Assembly: GCA_963703225.1 (NCBI GenBank)
Contig: OY969801.1
Location: 2,208,001-2,272,000, forward strand
Length of the DNA stretch: 64,000 nt
DNA from: Candidatus Eiseniibacteriota bacterium
GTDB taxonomy: Bacteria; Eisenbacteria; RBG-16-71-46; SZUA-252
Direction: 5' to 3'
Numbering within the stretch: position 1 is the stretch's first letter; each line of letters starts with the position of its first letter. This document shows, piece by piece, positions 34,270 through 42,901 of the stretch. The notes beneath the pieces were generated by a model, which made no database searches, was not told the origin of the DNA, and worked only from the letters and a program-made list of their open reading frames with translations. The translations under genes were made by a program, and so were the position numbers.

Positions 34270-34511
34270 GGAGAGCGCCTCAGTGAGCCTGCGAAAGGCA
34301 GACGAGTAGTCTGCAACAGGCCGCCGGCGATCACAACCGAAACGTAGCTTCGATCGTGCACAGCGCACGATCCTGCTTGCATCTACTCCCGGCAGTTGTA
34401 TGTTGTGTTTGAGGGCGCCATTGGATCCAACGCCCTTGTGATCATCCCGCACGGCGACGTCCGCACATGCAGGGGACGCCGTCAAACGCTGAACCGATGC
34501 ACGGGAGGTCG

Positions 34512-34841
34512 ATGATGGCAGCAAGAAGAAGAAGGAGAAAGGCGAAGAAAGCTGTCCGGAAGACCGTACGGCGGGTAAGAAGGCGGAAGCGCGTGGCCAA
34601 GCGCAGGGTTCGCAGGGTCGTGCGCAAGACCGTCCGCCGGAGGAGAGTCAAGAAGGCCGTTCGCCGGCGCAGGACCCGTCGCGCGGTGCGGAAGACTGTC
34701 CGCCGGAGGCGAGTCAAGAAGGCCGTCCGGCGCCGGAGAGTGAAGCGGGTTGTCCGCAAGGCAGTCCGCCGTCGCAGAAGGGCCAAGAAGGCCATCTCGG
34801 CCATGATGGAAGGCGGGCCCGAGGGCGGCGGGATGTTCTAG
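34512..34841 (+). CDS. Protamine/histone-H1-like Arg/Lys-rich repeat protein
   Basis: GGGAGGT RBS at 34503-34509; repeated VRKTVRRRRVKKAVRRRR units with synonymous codon variation; own terminator. Confidence 0.8.
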   Translation: MMAARRRRRKAKKAVRKTVRRVRRRKRVAKRRVRRVVRKTVRRRRVKKAVRRRRTRRAVRKTVRRRRVKKAVRRRRVKRVVRKAVRRRRRAKKAISAMMEGGPEGGGMF

Positions 34842-34868
34842 CCCGACTCATCCAGATATCGGAATCAA

Positions 34869-34906
34869 AGGCCGCCGATCGGGAAACCGGTCGGCGGTTC
34901 TTTGTT
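34869..34906 (+). terminator. Intrinsic, probably bidirectional terminator
   Basis: GGCCGCCGATCGG-GAAA-CCGGTCGGCGGTT followed by CTTTGTT, between convergent genes. Confidence 0.75.
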
Positions 34907-35765
34907 AGGTTTTGGGGCCGCTCGCGGCCGCGGAGGCCGATCGAATCGCCGCACTTCCCCCAGCGAGAACCTTGCCGAGAAAGGCATGCACCACGGTGTT
35001 GAATTGGTCCGGCCGCTGCAGCGGCGCGAAATGGCTCACGCCCGGCAGGAGGATCAATTCCGCCCCGGGGATGGTCCGGGCCAGATATTCAGCATGCTCC
35101 GGCTTGATGAACTCGTCGTTCTCGCTTTGTACGATCGCGACGGGCACATGGATCTCCGCCAAATCGCTTGCCGAATAGTTGGGCTGCGTCTTCATCATCT
35201 CGCCGACCGCATCGGAGAACGCGCCGAATTGATCCGGCGTGGCCGACAGAAGGGAATAGTCCTTGGCGTGGCGATTGAAGCACCGTTGGAGGATCGGGCC
35301 GAACACGACCTCCCTGGTGCCGCTGGGGTCCATATTGCAGCCAAAGAAGAATACGCCCGCGATACGCGCGGGCGCCTTCATCGCCAGGATCAAAGCGATG
35401 CACGCGCCGTCGCTCCAGCCGACGACGGCTGCCCTTCCCACGTGCAATGCGTCCATCACGGCTAGAACGTCGGATGCCATCAACTCGTACGTGTAGGACC
35501 GCGAGTCGCGTGTGCTGCGGCCGTGCCCGCGGCTATCGATGAGGACGAGGCGATAGCCAGAGCTGACCAGCATGGGAACCTGATATCCCCAATTGCCACT
35601 GTGGCCGAGGCCACCGTGCAGCAAGATTACGGGAGGGCCCGACCCATACGACGCGTACCAGATTCGAGCGCCGTCGTGGTCCACGTAGCCCTGATCGCTG
35701 CTGGCCGGCAAGGGCGCCGCACCCTGTGCTGCGAACTTCGTGAGGTCGTCGTCGAAGGATTCCAT
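34905..35765 (-). CDS. Alpha/beta hydrolase
   Basis: LLHGGLG, DSRGHGRS, GWSDG nucleophile elbow, C-terminal SHFAP. Confidence 0.92.
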   Translation of the reverse strand: MESFDDDLTKFAAQGAAPLPASSDQGYVDHDGARIWYASYGSGPPVILLHGGLGHSGNWGYQVPMLVSSGYRLVLIDSRGHGRSTRDSRSYTYELMASDVLAVMDALHVGRAAVVGWSDGACIALILAMKAPARIAGVFFFGCNMDPSGTREVVFGPILQRCFNRHAKDYSLLSATPDQFGAFSDAVGEMMKTQPNYSASDLAEIHVPVAIVQSENDEFIKPEHAEYLARTIPGAELILLPGVSHFAPLQRPDQFNTVVHAFLGKVLAGGSAAIRSASAAASGPKT

Positions 35766-35811
35766 GTTGAGTCTGGCCGGGCCCCAGTGCCGAAGACCTG
35801 ACCGATTGAAT

Positions 35812-35870
35812 TGGCGGAGGGGGTAGGATTCGAACCCACGGTGCCTTTCAGCACAGCGGTTTTCAAGACC
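35812..35870 (-). repeat. Orphan 3' half of tRNA-Ser(UGA) (att site)
   Basis: Matches 43356-43414 except in the variable arm (GTGCT-GAAA-GGCAC vs GTGCC-GCAA-GGCAC); identity ends at the anticodon arm. Confidence 0.9.
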
Positions 35871-36071
35871 TATCACTCCCGGGAGAGCATCGACGAACAT
35901 CGACGAGAAGCCACCATTTCCGCATAAGTTACCCCTCACACTCCAACGATCATTCTCTCCCATGTTTGCCCTTGCGTGCTCGTGTTTTGGTGACCGCTAG
36001 GTGACCGCGCACTCTCGAGCGCGTTGTCTGCGTCGCCGCCCGAGTCATGGGTCTTGTTGCAGAAGCCGCGG

Positions 36072-36314
36072 TCAGGGTCGCCCGTCCGGACCACGCCGCC
36101 AATCCGGCGTGAACACGAAGTAGTGGCCGAGCACCAGCTCGGCGGGCAGCCCGTTCAACCGGCACAGGAGCCACGTGTGGTAGGCGTGCTCCCGGCAGAA
36201 CAGGCCGAAATCGAGCCCGCCACCGTCGACTATCCGCGACAGCTCGGTGTAGAGGTGGTTCAGCTGCCGCTTCACAGCGCGAGTCAGGATCCTCCGAGTC
36301 AGGCCCTCCGTCAC
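36072..36314 (-). CDS. Small hypothetical protein
   Basis: Protein-like composition and GAGGAG upstream; no recognised motif. Confidence 0.4.
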   Translation of the reverse strand: MTEGLTRRILTRAVKRQLNHLYTELSRIVDGGGLDFGLFCREHAYHTWLLCRLNGLPAELVLGHYFVFTPDWRRGPDGRP

Positions 36315-36348
36315 AGCTCCTCGATCACGATGCCGTACTCGGTTCCGA

Positions 36349-37380
36349 TCACCGCTTGACCTCCCAGGGCCGCGCCTGACGGTCGAGATCGGCGGCGACC
36401 CGAGCGTAGGGCATGCCCGAGATGGACAGAACCGACTTCGACTCTGGCATCAGCGTCACGTATTTTGCCGTCGTGCCGCCTCGAAAGTCTCTCACCAGGA
36501 GGCGGCCGAGCCTCCGCCAGCCGCGGTCGCCGAGCCTGCCGCTGAGCGCGCGACGGAATGCGTTGGCCACGATGTCCGCCAGGCGCAGCCCCGAACTCGC
36601 TCGCGAGTCCTCAAAGCGCAGATCCGCCATGATCTTTCGGATGTCGCTGGAGTGGAACGGTCCGGCGCGGCCCGCCGGCATTCCCCTCTGGAGGTGATCA
36701 GGCGCTTTCGGCAGCGTGGGATTCTGGAAGGGGGCCATCGCGGAGTAGTCGAACCCCTTGAGGGAGATCAAGCCCTCGCGAAGGGAGATCGTCTGAACCA
36801 TTGGCATCACGATGTCGGTCCACGTCCGCTCGTAGTCCGTCGGCTTGCTCTCCTTCGCGTCGAGGCGCCACGAGAAGTTGCCGAGCGACTTCGGCTCGGT
36901 CTGGACGAAGCGAATCTCGCCCGCCTGCAGCGTGTTCCAGACGGCCTGCGTCAGCAGCGCTGACTGGGTGTACAGGGGAACGGAGATCGCCTCGACGCGG
37001 GAGGCGAGCGCACGGGCGTCCTCCCGCGCGGACTCCTTGAACTCCGGCCGGTCAGTCGAAGCGCGAATCTTCTCCGCCTGCCCCCGTCTGTGCGCCTCGA
37101 TATCGGCTTTGGTGTGCCGACCCATGTCGATCACGACGACGGTCAGCATCACATTGAAGTTGGTCAGATGGGTGACCACCTTGTCGACCTGGCGCTCCGA
37201 CAGCTGGCTACCCTTCGGCTCCACCTTGCCGAGCCTCCAGCCGGAGACGATCCGCTCGAACCCCGTCAGGACGACCTGCAGATCCTTCTCCCCGACGGCC
37301 AGCGCGGCGACGCAGCAGATGGACGGCGAGCCGTCGGACGGGAACGCGAAAGGGCCCGACTCGTCTATGAAGATGTGCAA
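36349..37380 (-). CDS. DUF3800 domain protein (RNase H-like fold)
   Basis: N-terminal IFIDESG, E.KG, C-terminal S.GLRLADIVAN..R. Confidence 0.82.
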   Translation of the reverse strand: MHIFIDESGPFAFPSDGSPSICCVAALAVGEKDLQVVLTGFERIVSGWRLGKVEPKGSQLSERQVDKVVTHLTNFNVMLTVVVIDMGRHTKADIEAHRRGQAEKIRASTDRPEFKESAREDARALASRVEAISVPLYTQSALLTQAVWNTLQAGEIRFVQTEPKSLGNFSWRLDAKESKPTDYERTWTDIVMPMVQTISLREGLISLKGFDYSAMAPFQNPTLPKAPDHLQRGMPAGRAGPFHSSDIRKIMADLRFEDSRASSGLRLADIVANAFRRALSGRLGDRGWRRLGRLLVRDFRGGTTAKYVTLMPESKSVLSISGMPYARVAADLDRQARPWEVKR

Positions 37381-37438
37381 CAGCCCCCCGTCAACGCACC
37401 TTCACGATCACGCGGCTTCCCCTCGAACGACCGCACCT

Positions 37439-37730
37439 TCATTCCTCCCACAGACCTCGGCCTTCCTTCCTCGCCTTCTTCTCCAGCTTCCGAAACTCTC
37501 ATCAGCTTGTTCGGGTGTACCGATTCGGGGGTGTCCACACCGATCAGCCGCACCGTCTCGGTCTTGCTCCCGATCTTCACCTTGATTGTGTCGCCATCGA
37601 CGACCCTGACGACCTTGCCCCGCTCAGCGGCGTGCGCGAGTACCGGCAGCAGGACCGCTAACGCAAGTAGCGACCGAAGGAGCCGCCGCGAACCCGGGCT
37701 CACGCCGGCATTTGCCGTCGAGGATTGCAA
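37439..37730 (-). pseudogene. Thermonuclease (SNase) with internal deletion
   Basis: VVRVVDGDT..VRLIGVDTPE..HPNK joined out of frame to EFRKLEKKARKEGRGLWEE-stop. Confidence 0.8.
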
Positions 37731-37732
37731 GT

Positions 37733-38500
37733 TTAGTCCCCGCTCTTCGTTGTGCTGAGGGGCTGTGCCTTGGGTTCCAGGTCGGCCGCCGTAAACTTGC
37801 TCGAGAATTTTCGAGCCTCTTCTAGAACCGGTTCAGTAGGAGCTTCCATCACGCGCCCATCAGCGAGACGAACCCGAGCAACGTACCCTATGGACGCGTA
37901 GTGCGCCTGGACATCATTCTCTGAGTACAGGTTCCACTCCCCAATAAGCTCCCTTGTGCCGACACTCGCGTCACCGACCTCCACGAAACTGAGGGTCCTC
38001 ACATGATTCCCCCAGATGTCGAAGGTGAGAAAGTTCACCTGTACCGCCCTGATCGAATCCTTGACTGTGACTCTGAATCTGCTGCGATAGCGATATCCGT
38101 TTGCATAGAGCGTGGTTACTCCTGGAGTCCCCTCGAGATCTACCGGAATTACGCGGAAGTGCACGGCTATCCACTCGCGCCTAAGCGAGGAGTTCTTGGC
38201 GACGGCAATCCCAAGTCCCAAATTAGTGGTTATGCTGCCGCCGTCGGCACGTGTAACGGTGGCACCTGCACTTTCGGATTTGGGCGCGACCGGTGCTTGA
38301 GCGGAGGACGACGTGTCCTTCTTGTGACGGATTGAAAGCAGATTCTCCGACGCGAAGCTTCGCACCGCCAGGTCGGCAATGACCAGAACCGTCACCGCCC
38401 CGGTGAGGATGGACAGAACGGTCGCAGTCCGGACCTTTGTCGCCGGAATGAGGCGAGTCAGCACATAGAGGCCGAGAACGATGCCAATCTCTTGAATCAT
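37733..38500 (-). CDS. Membrane-anchored hypothetical protein
   Basis: AGGAG RBS, two N-terminal hydrophobic segments, beta-rich domain. Confidence 0.75.
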   Translation of the reverse strand: MIQEIGIVLGLYVLTRLIPATKVRTATVLSILTGAVTVLVIADLAVRSFASENLLSIRHKKDTSSSAQAPVAPKSESAGATVTRADGGSITTNLGLGIAVAKNSSLRREWIAVHFRVIPVDLEGTPGVTTLYANGYRYRSRFRVTVKDSIRAVQVNFLTFDIWGNHVRTLSFVEVGDASVGTRELIGEWNLYSENDVQAHYASIGYVARVRLADGRVMEAPTEPVLEEARKFSSKFTAADLEPKAQPLSTTKSGD

Positions 38501-38639
38501 GGTCGCTCCTTTGGAGCTTGTGCAGAGCGCTCCCTCGACCTAGCGAGTGTCCGACGCGCCCCTGTCGAGATGACTTCGACCAACTGATGGCAGATCAGTA
38601 TCACGGTAAGGATTGATGTGCTCGGCGCGAAACCAGGAG

Positions 38640-39473
38640 TCAGCCTCGCCATCTTTTACGCCGCTGAAGTGCTGTCGTGTACCGGCACTGCGGATATGAC
38701 GTGCAGCCCATGAACTTTCCCCTCGGACCCTTGATGGTGCGCAGCGGACTGCCGCACCTTGGGCAGACGCCCGGCTCTGCGGTGGGCGTCGGGTTGAAGT
38801 CGCCGGGGACGACATCGCCCTCAGAAAGATGTTCCAGCAGGAGAGCTTGTAGCTGCGGCAATTCGATGATCGAAATGGCCTTCCCCTTGATCCATTCCTG
38901 CGCCTGCGGCGACACCTTGCCCGTAGTAACCACGAAGGCTGACGACGCTTCCGTTGCGTGCATCGTTCCGTAGAGGTCTCTTAGGATCGGCTCACCAACG
39001 GAACCCTTCACCCGCTTACATTGGATGATCGACTTCTTCCCCTCGCGGGTCGCGTAGGCGTCCACCCCTCCATCACCGGTATACGGTGTGCGGGCCACTT
39101 CGTATCCCATGCGCTCGAATAGCTGGCAAACCAGTTCCTCAAAGTCCCTCGGGTCCATGGCCCGTACAAACTCCGGCAGTCGGATTTGTGCTAGCCACTC
39201 GGCCCGCCGCCGCCGGTGTTCGGCAGCCCGTGCTCGCGCTTCCTCCTCCTGGCGGAGCCGGGCTTCCTCGACACATTGCGGGCATAACGTCGGCACTGCT
39301 GCAGCACCCCGAAGGCCGTGGGCGCAGGGTTCAATCGCACGAGCGCGCCTTCCCCGTTGCTCTCTCCAGGCCCTTTCAATTGGGGAGAAGAGTACGGCGC
39401 CCAAGAATGGCACTACGATCCAGAGGATCCAAGGGCCGCCCAGCACATAGCCCAGTACCTTCCCGAAATCCAT
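38640..39473 (-). CDS. Mrr-family restriction endonuclease with N-terminal TM helix and C-terminal topoisomerase-type C4 zinc finger
   Basis: DFEELV..LF..MGY, DGGVD, IQCKR; CPRCG...G.FMGCTSYPQC. Confidence 0.88.
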   Translation of the reverse strand: MDFGKVLGYVLGGPWILWIVVPFLGAVLFSPIERAWREQRGRRARAIEPCAHGLRGAAAVPTLCPQCVEEARLRQEEEARARAAEHRRRRAEWLAQIRLPEFVRAMDPRDFEELVCQLFERMGYEVARTPYTGDGGVDAYATREGKKSIIQCKRVKGSVGEPILRDLYGTMHATEASSAFVVTTGKVSPQAQEWIKGKAISIIELPQLQALLLEHLSEGDVVPGDFNPTPTAEPGVCPRCGSPLRTIKGPRGKFMGCTSYPQCRYTTALQRRKRWRG

Positions 39474-39532
39474 GCCCCAGTCTATACCCAGGCCACAGTC
39501 TGGGTGGAATGGCCGAACACGGGGCTAGCCTC

Positions 39533-39663
39533 ACCCTCTCAGCCCTGAGCTTCGCGTGGGACTCCGCGCCGGGTGGGGATGACCTGAGGCGGGCCGGCGG
39601 ACAGGCAAGGCGACCGGGGGAACCCCGCCCCCGGGGTGATCTCGCGTCCTCGTGGCAATCCGC
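39533..39663 (-). repeat. Structured ~130-nt repeat, copy 1
   Basis: Aligns along its length with 42902-43030; shared cores TGGGACTCCGCGCCGGGTGG and GACCTGAGGCGGGCC. Confidence 0.9.
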
Positions 39664-39776
39664 CGCAGTAGGTGGGGCCGCGACGGGCTCCGCCGTGCCT
39701 GCGCCGGGTGAGGGGACGCCAACCTGGATCCCGGGCCGGGTTGACTCCCGGCGGCTGCTGGGTGTTTGCTTTCGAG

Positions 39777-40445
39777 ATGGAGAATTACGAACCCTGCGCT
39801 GAGTGCGGGGGAATCCATCTCCCCGGGCGCCGCCGCTGCCCGCGCTGCGGTAAGGTGCACGTCGTAGGGCCGCCAGATCCCGCCCGTGTCCGGTACCTCG
39901 CTCTTGACTACGAGTGCCCGGCACCGGTCCTGCGCCTCGAGTATCCGCTCCTGCCGTCGGCGATGGGCCGGACGGCCATCGTTCCAGCGGTGGACAAATC
40001 CGGCCGGGAGCCGAGCGAGCGCTTTCAGGGGGCACTCTTTGCTCACGCCTTGACCGAGCTGTCTGGATATCACGTTCACGTCGGGTTCGGCCCGAAGGAA
40101 CACCGCGCGGGCGACGAGGATTGCGTCGTGCGCTGGCAGGTCGACGAGGACTTCGACTTTTCCCCGGTTCAACTCAAGCGCCTCGTATCCGCCGAGACAA
40201 ACGCCTCGGCCGATCTGGAGCGCGACGTGAACCGGAAGCTGGAGGGAGTCATCGCTCCGACGCTGCACTTCGTTTGGACGATCAACCGCGAGATGCTCCT
40301 GAAGCCTCGGGAGCTGCGGCTCCCTGGGCTCCAGGTCGCGGGCGTCTGGATCCTCAACTCCGCCGGCCCCGACGGGACGCGCTGGCACCTCCATGGCGAC
40401 TTCGTCCACCGCATCGTCGGCCTTGAGCTCCCATACCCGCAATGA
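39777..40445 (+). CDS. Hypothetical protein: zinc ribbon plus possible PD-(D/E)XK-like domain
   Basis: CAEC..CPRC N-terminus; DED..V....VQLK motif. Confidence 0.6.
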   Translation: MENYEPCAECGGIHLPGRRRCPRCGKVHVVGPPDPARVRYLALDYECPAPVLRLEYPLLPSAMGRTAIVPAVDKSGREPSERFQGALFAHALTELSGYHVHVGFGPKEHRAGDEDCVVRWQVDEDFDFSPVQLKRLVSAETNASADLERDVNRKLEGVIAPTLHFVWTINREMLLKPRELRLPGLQVAGVWILNSAGPDGTRWHLHGDFVHRIVGLELPYPQ

Positions 40446-41179
40446 GGGATCCGCACGTCGAGTCCATCATCTACCGTCTGGAGGACCCCGACGTATTCTT
40501 CGAGGGGGTCCGCGACCTGCCTGTCGACAACCCCGATTTCCGCGGCCTCCTGTCAGACGGTACGCTCACGCTCAGGCCGAAAGCCCATTTTTCCACCGTA
40601 GAGGAGGCCCGTGTCCCCGCTGACGCGTTCGTGCGGGCTTGGGAGATTTCGGGAGGCCTGGCGCTGGGTCATCCCGGATTCCAATTCCGCTTCGAGGCCG
40701 CCGAAGCCGTAGGCATGGATCCCGACACGGGCAAACCCGTGGATCAATTCACAGCGGTCGTCCCGGCCGTGGTGACCGCCACTCTCCATGTCCAGGTGCC
40801 GAAGGGCACCTACCCGCCTCCCCCTCAGGTCTCGCGCGCCGATCCAGACGCAGAAGCAATGTGGAACCGGTTCAGCGGGTATCTCGAGGGAAAGGAGCCG
40901 CTTCTGGGTATGGCCTACGCCTGCCTCACGATTCTCGAGCGCGGCGAGCATAGAAGGGACGCGGCCGCCCGGCTCTCGATCAGCCTCGCGGTCTTGAGCA
41001 AGTTGGGCAATCTGAGTTCTGCCCGAGGAGACAAGCGGAGCGCGCGGAAGTGGCATCCCCGAAATTCCCCGCTCACCCCAGATGAGGAAGCTTGGGTTCG
41101 GGCCGCCATTCAGGCAATCATCAAGCATCTCCTGACACGGATGTCGGGCCAGAAGCTCTCGATGAGCGATGTTCTATAG
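40442..41179 (+). CDS. Hypothetical protein (possible HEPN/ApeA-like architecture)
   Basis: ATGA overlap with the upstream gene; beta-rich N-half, helical C-half with ARKWH. Fold call is weak. Confidence 0.65.
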   Translation: MRDPHVESIIYRLEDPDVFFEGVRDLPVDNPDFRGLLSDGTLTLRPKAHFSTVEEARVPADAFVRAWEISGGLALGHPGFQFRFEAAEAVGMDPDTGKPVDQFTAVVPAVVTATLHVQVPKGTYPPPPQVSRADPDAEAMWNRFSGYLEGKEPLLGMAYACLTILERGEHRRDAAARLSISLAVLSKLGNLSSARGDKRSARKWHPRNSPLTPDEEAWVRAAIQAIIKHLLTRMSGQKLSMSDVL

Positions 41180-41227
41180 CTTTCAGTTTGGTTTCAGGGC
41201 CTCTGGACTCGCTGTAAGGCCTCGGCC

Positions 41228-41473
41228 ATGAGTTCCAAGGGCGGCAGTGCCAGTAAGGGCGGCGAGGAGGCGAAGCGCGGCAAGATCTCCGAGAAGCGGA
41301 TTCCGTTCGAGTCGGGCGATTTCTATCTCATCATCGCGCGGCGGGCGCTGGAGGAGGCGCTGCCCCCCCGACGGCGTCCATCTCGGCGGGTGGACTTTCA
41401 GCGAGGAGCCGCTCGTCGAGAAGCTGCCGTCGGATCACTTCCGGTTCGCGGTGACGTGGGCCCTCACCAACGC
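41228..41473 (+). pseudogene. Gene fragment, frameshifted in a C7 run and ending at repeat copy 2
   Basis: ..GDFYLIIARRALEEALPP / DGVHLGGWTFSEEPLVEKLPSDHFRFAVTWALTN runs into the repeat. Confidence 0.4.
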
Positions 41474-41538
41474 AGCCCGGAGGTTCGCATGGGACTCCGC
41501 GCCGGGTGGGGAGGACCTGAGGCGGGCCGGGCAGACAA
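41474..41538 (-). repeat. Structured repeat, copy 2 (truncated)
   Basis: Same 20-nt and 15-nt cores as copies 1 and 3; lacks the two right-hand hairpins. Confidence 0.9.
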
Positions 41539-41690
41539 TCTCTACACTTTCTGGGCCGCTCCCCATGAGCCGCCCTACGAATGGAGAATCCCAACGAACG
41601 CGCGAGGGCTCCACGAGCCAAAGCTGGGGGTAGCCCGTCCCCAACCCTGTTGCTGGACAACCCGTTAACGGGGTGGGTACACTGCCCGGC

Positions 41691-42713
41691 ATGAAAAATC
41701 CGCCACGAGAGCCAACCCTCATCGATCTCATCGAATCGGGCGAGGCTAATGACGGCATCGTCCAGGTGCAGGTGAAAACCTGGCCCGCCTTTGTGGAATA
41801 CGTGAGGCTTCTTGGAATCAACCCCAGCTTCATTTGGCGGGGACAGCGTAGAAGTGATTGGGACCTGACGGCTCTGCTCTATCGAGAGCAAGCGCTGGGT
41901 GGACTCGGAGTCCCTCGGGACAAGGAAGGGGAGGCAATGATGTACCGCCACCTCGAGGCGTTCAAACGTGCGGCTCGTGGTCGCCGAGGGCCGAATCCTC
42001 CACCTCTTGCGAACGAGAACGACTGGTGGGCCCTTGGCCAACACTACGGCCTCGCAACTCCCCTGATCGACTGGACGGGGTCCCCGTTTGCCGCCGCGTA
42101 CTTCGCGTTCTACGAGAGTGTTCCTAAGGATGAGACTCCGGAGCGGGCTATCTTTGCGCTGGATCGTGCCACCGTGAGGCGAGAGTGGATGGACCGCTGG
42201 ACCGAGATCGTGTTGCGGGAACGGGCCCACATTCAGATGCAGCGCCGCGCGACTGACAAAGCAGCGCTCACTATGAGCACGACGTTCAAGGGACCGGGGC
42301 AAATTCAGGATGAGCTTGAGGAAGAGGAACGAGAGGCGCGAGTGGAGGAGCAGAGGCGCAGAGAGCGGCATCGCAGCGAGAATCCGCTCATGGACTTCGT
42401 CGAGCCCCTGGGGGATGAGAATACCCGGCTCGTGAATCAGAACGGCATGTTCACGCGAACGCAGGACGGGGTGGATGTCGGGGCGTACGTCAAGAGGATG
42501 TTTGCCGGGCGCGACGACACGATCCTCTTCAAGATCACAATCCCAAATTCGGAGCGCGAGACCGCGATGTGTGCGCTCAACCAGATGAATATCAACCACG
42601 CGACGCTCTTCCCAGATCTGTATGGCGCAGGGACGTTCTGCAATATGCGGTGGAAGATTCCGGGCTACGCCGACCTCTACGACGTTCCAATACCGCCCGA
42701 GTTCGTGGCTTAG
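41691..42713 (+). CDS. FRG domain protein
   Basis: IWRGQ, GQHYGLATPLIDWT.SP.AAYFA, RL.NQ.G.F, L..MNI...TLFPDL.G. Confidence 0.9.
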   Translation: MKNPPREPTLIDLIESGEANDGIVQVQVKTWPAFVEYVRLLGINPSFIWRGQRRSDWDLTALLYREQALGGLGVPRDKEGEAMMYRHLEAFKRAARGRRGPNPPPLANENDWWALGQHYGLATPLIDWTGSPFAAAYFAFYESVPKDETPERAIFALDRATVRREWMDRWTEIVLRERAHIQMQRRATDKAALTMSTTFKGPGQIQDELEEEEREARVEEQRRRERHRSENPLMDFVEPLGDENTRLVNQNGMFTRTQDGVDVGAYVKRMFAGRDDTILFKITIPNSERETAMCALNQMNINHATLFPDLYGAGTFCNMRWKIPGYADLYDVPIPPEFVA

Positions 42714-42901
42714 CATTCCTCCTCCAGCGACTTCATGTGGCGCTCGAACTCCTCCCGGTTGAACCGAAGCGTCAGCTTGACCCCGCCCAACGCGGTTCGG
42801 TCTCTCCTCTCCCGACATCTAGGTAACGGAAAATCTTCGGCACCGACGCGGAAGGAAAATCTGTGGGGCGTCGCTTACGTGTTTGGGGCACGAGGAAGTC
42901 G

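Noticed and set aside
34442..34804. Minus-strand Arg/Thr/Leu/Phe repeat ORF
   Set aside because: Mirror of the plus-strand basic protein, which has the RBS, promoter and terminator.
35766..35963. N-terminal extension of the alpha/beta hydrolase in the ORF track
   Set aside because: It runs through the tRNA fragment and att region; the family-like sequence starts at 35765.
41331..42818. 495-aa minus-strand ORF as the missing integrase
   Set aside because: Antisense to the FRG gene; no tyrosine or serine recombinase motifs.
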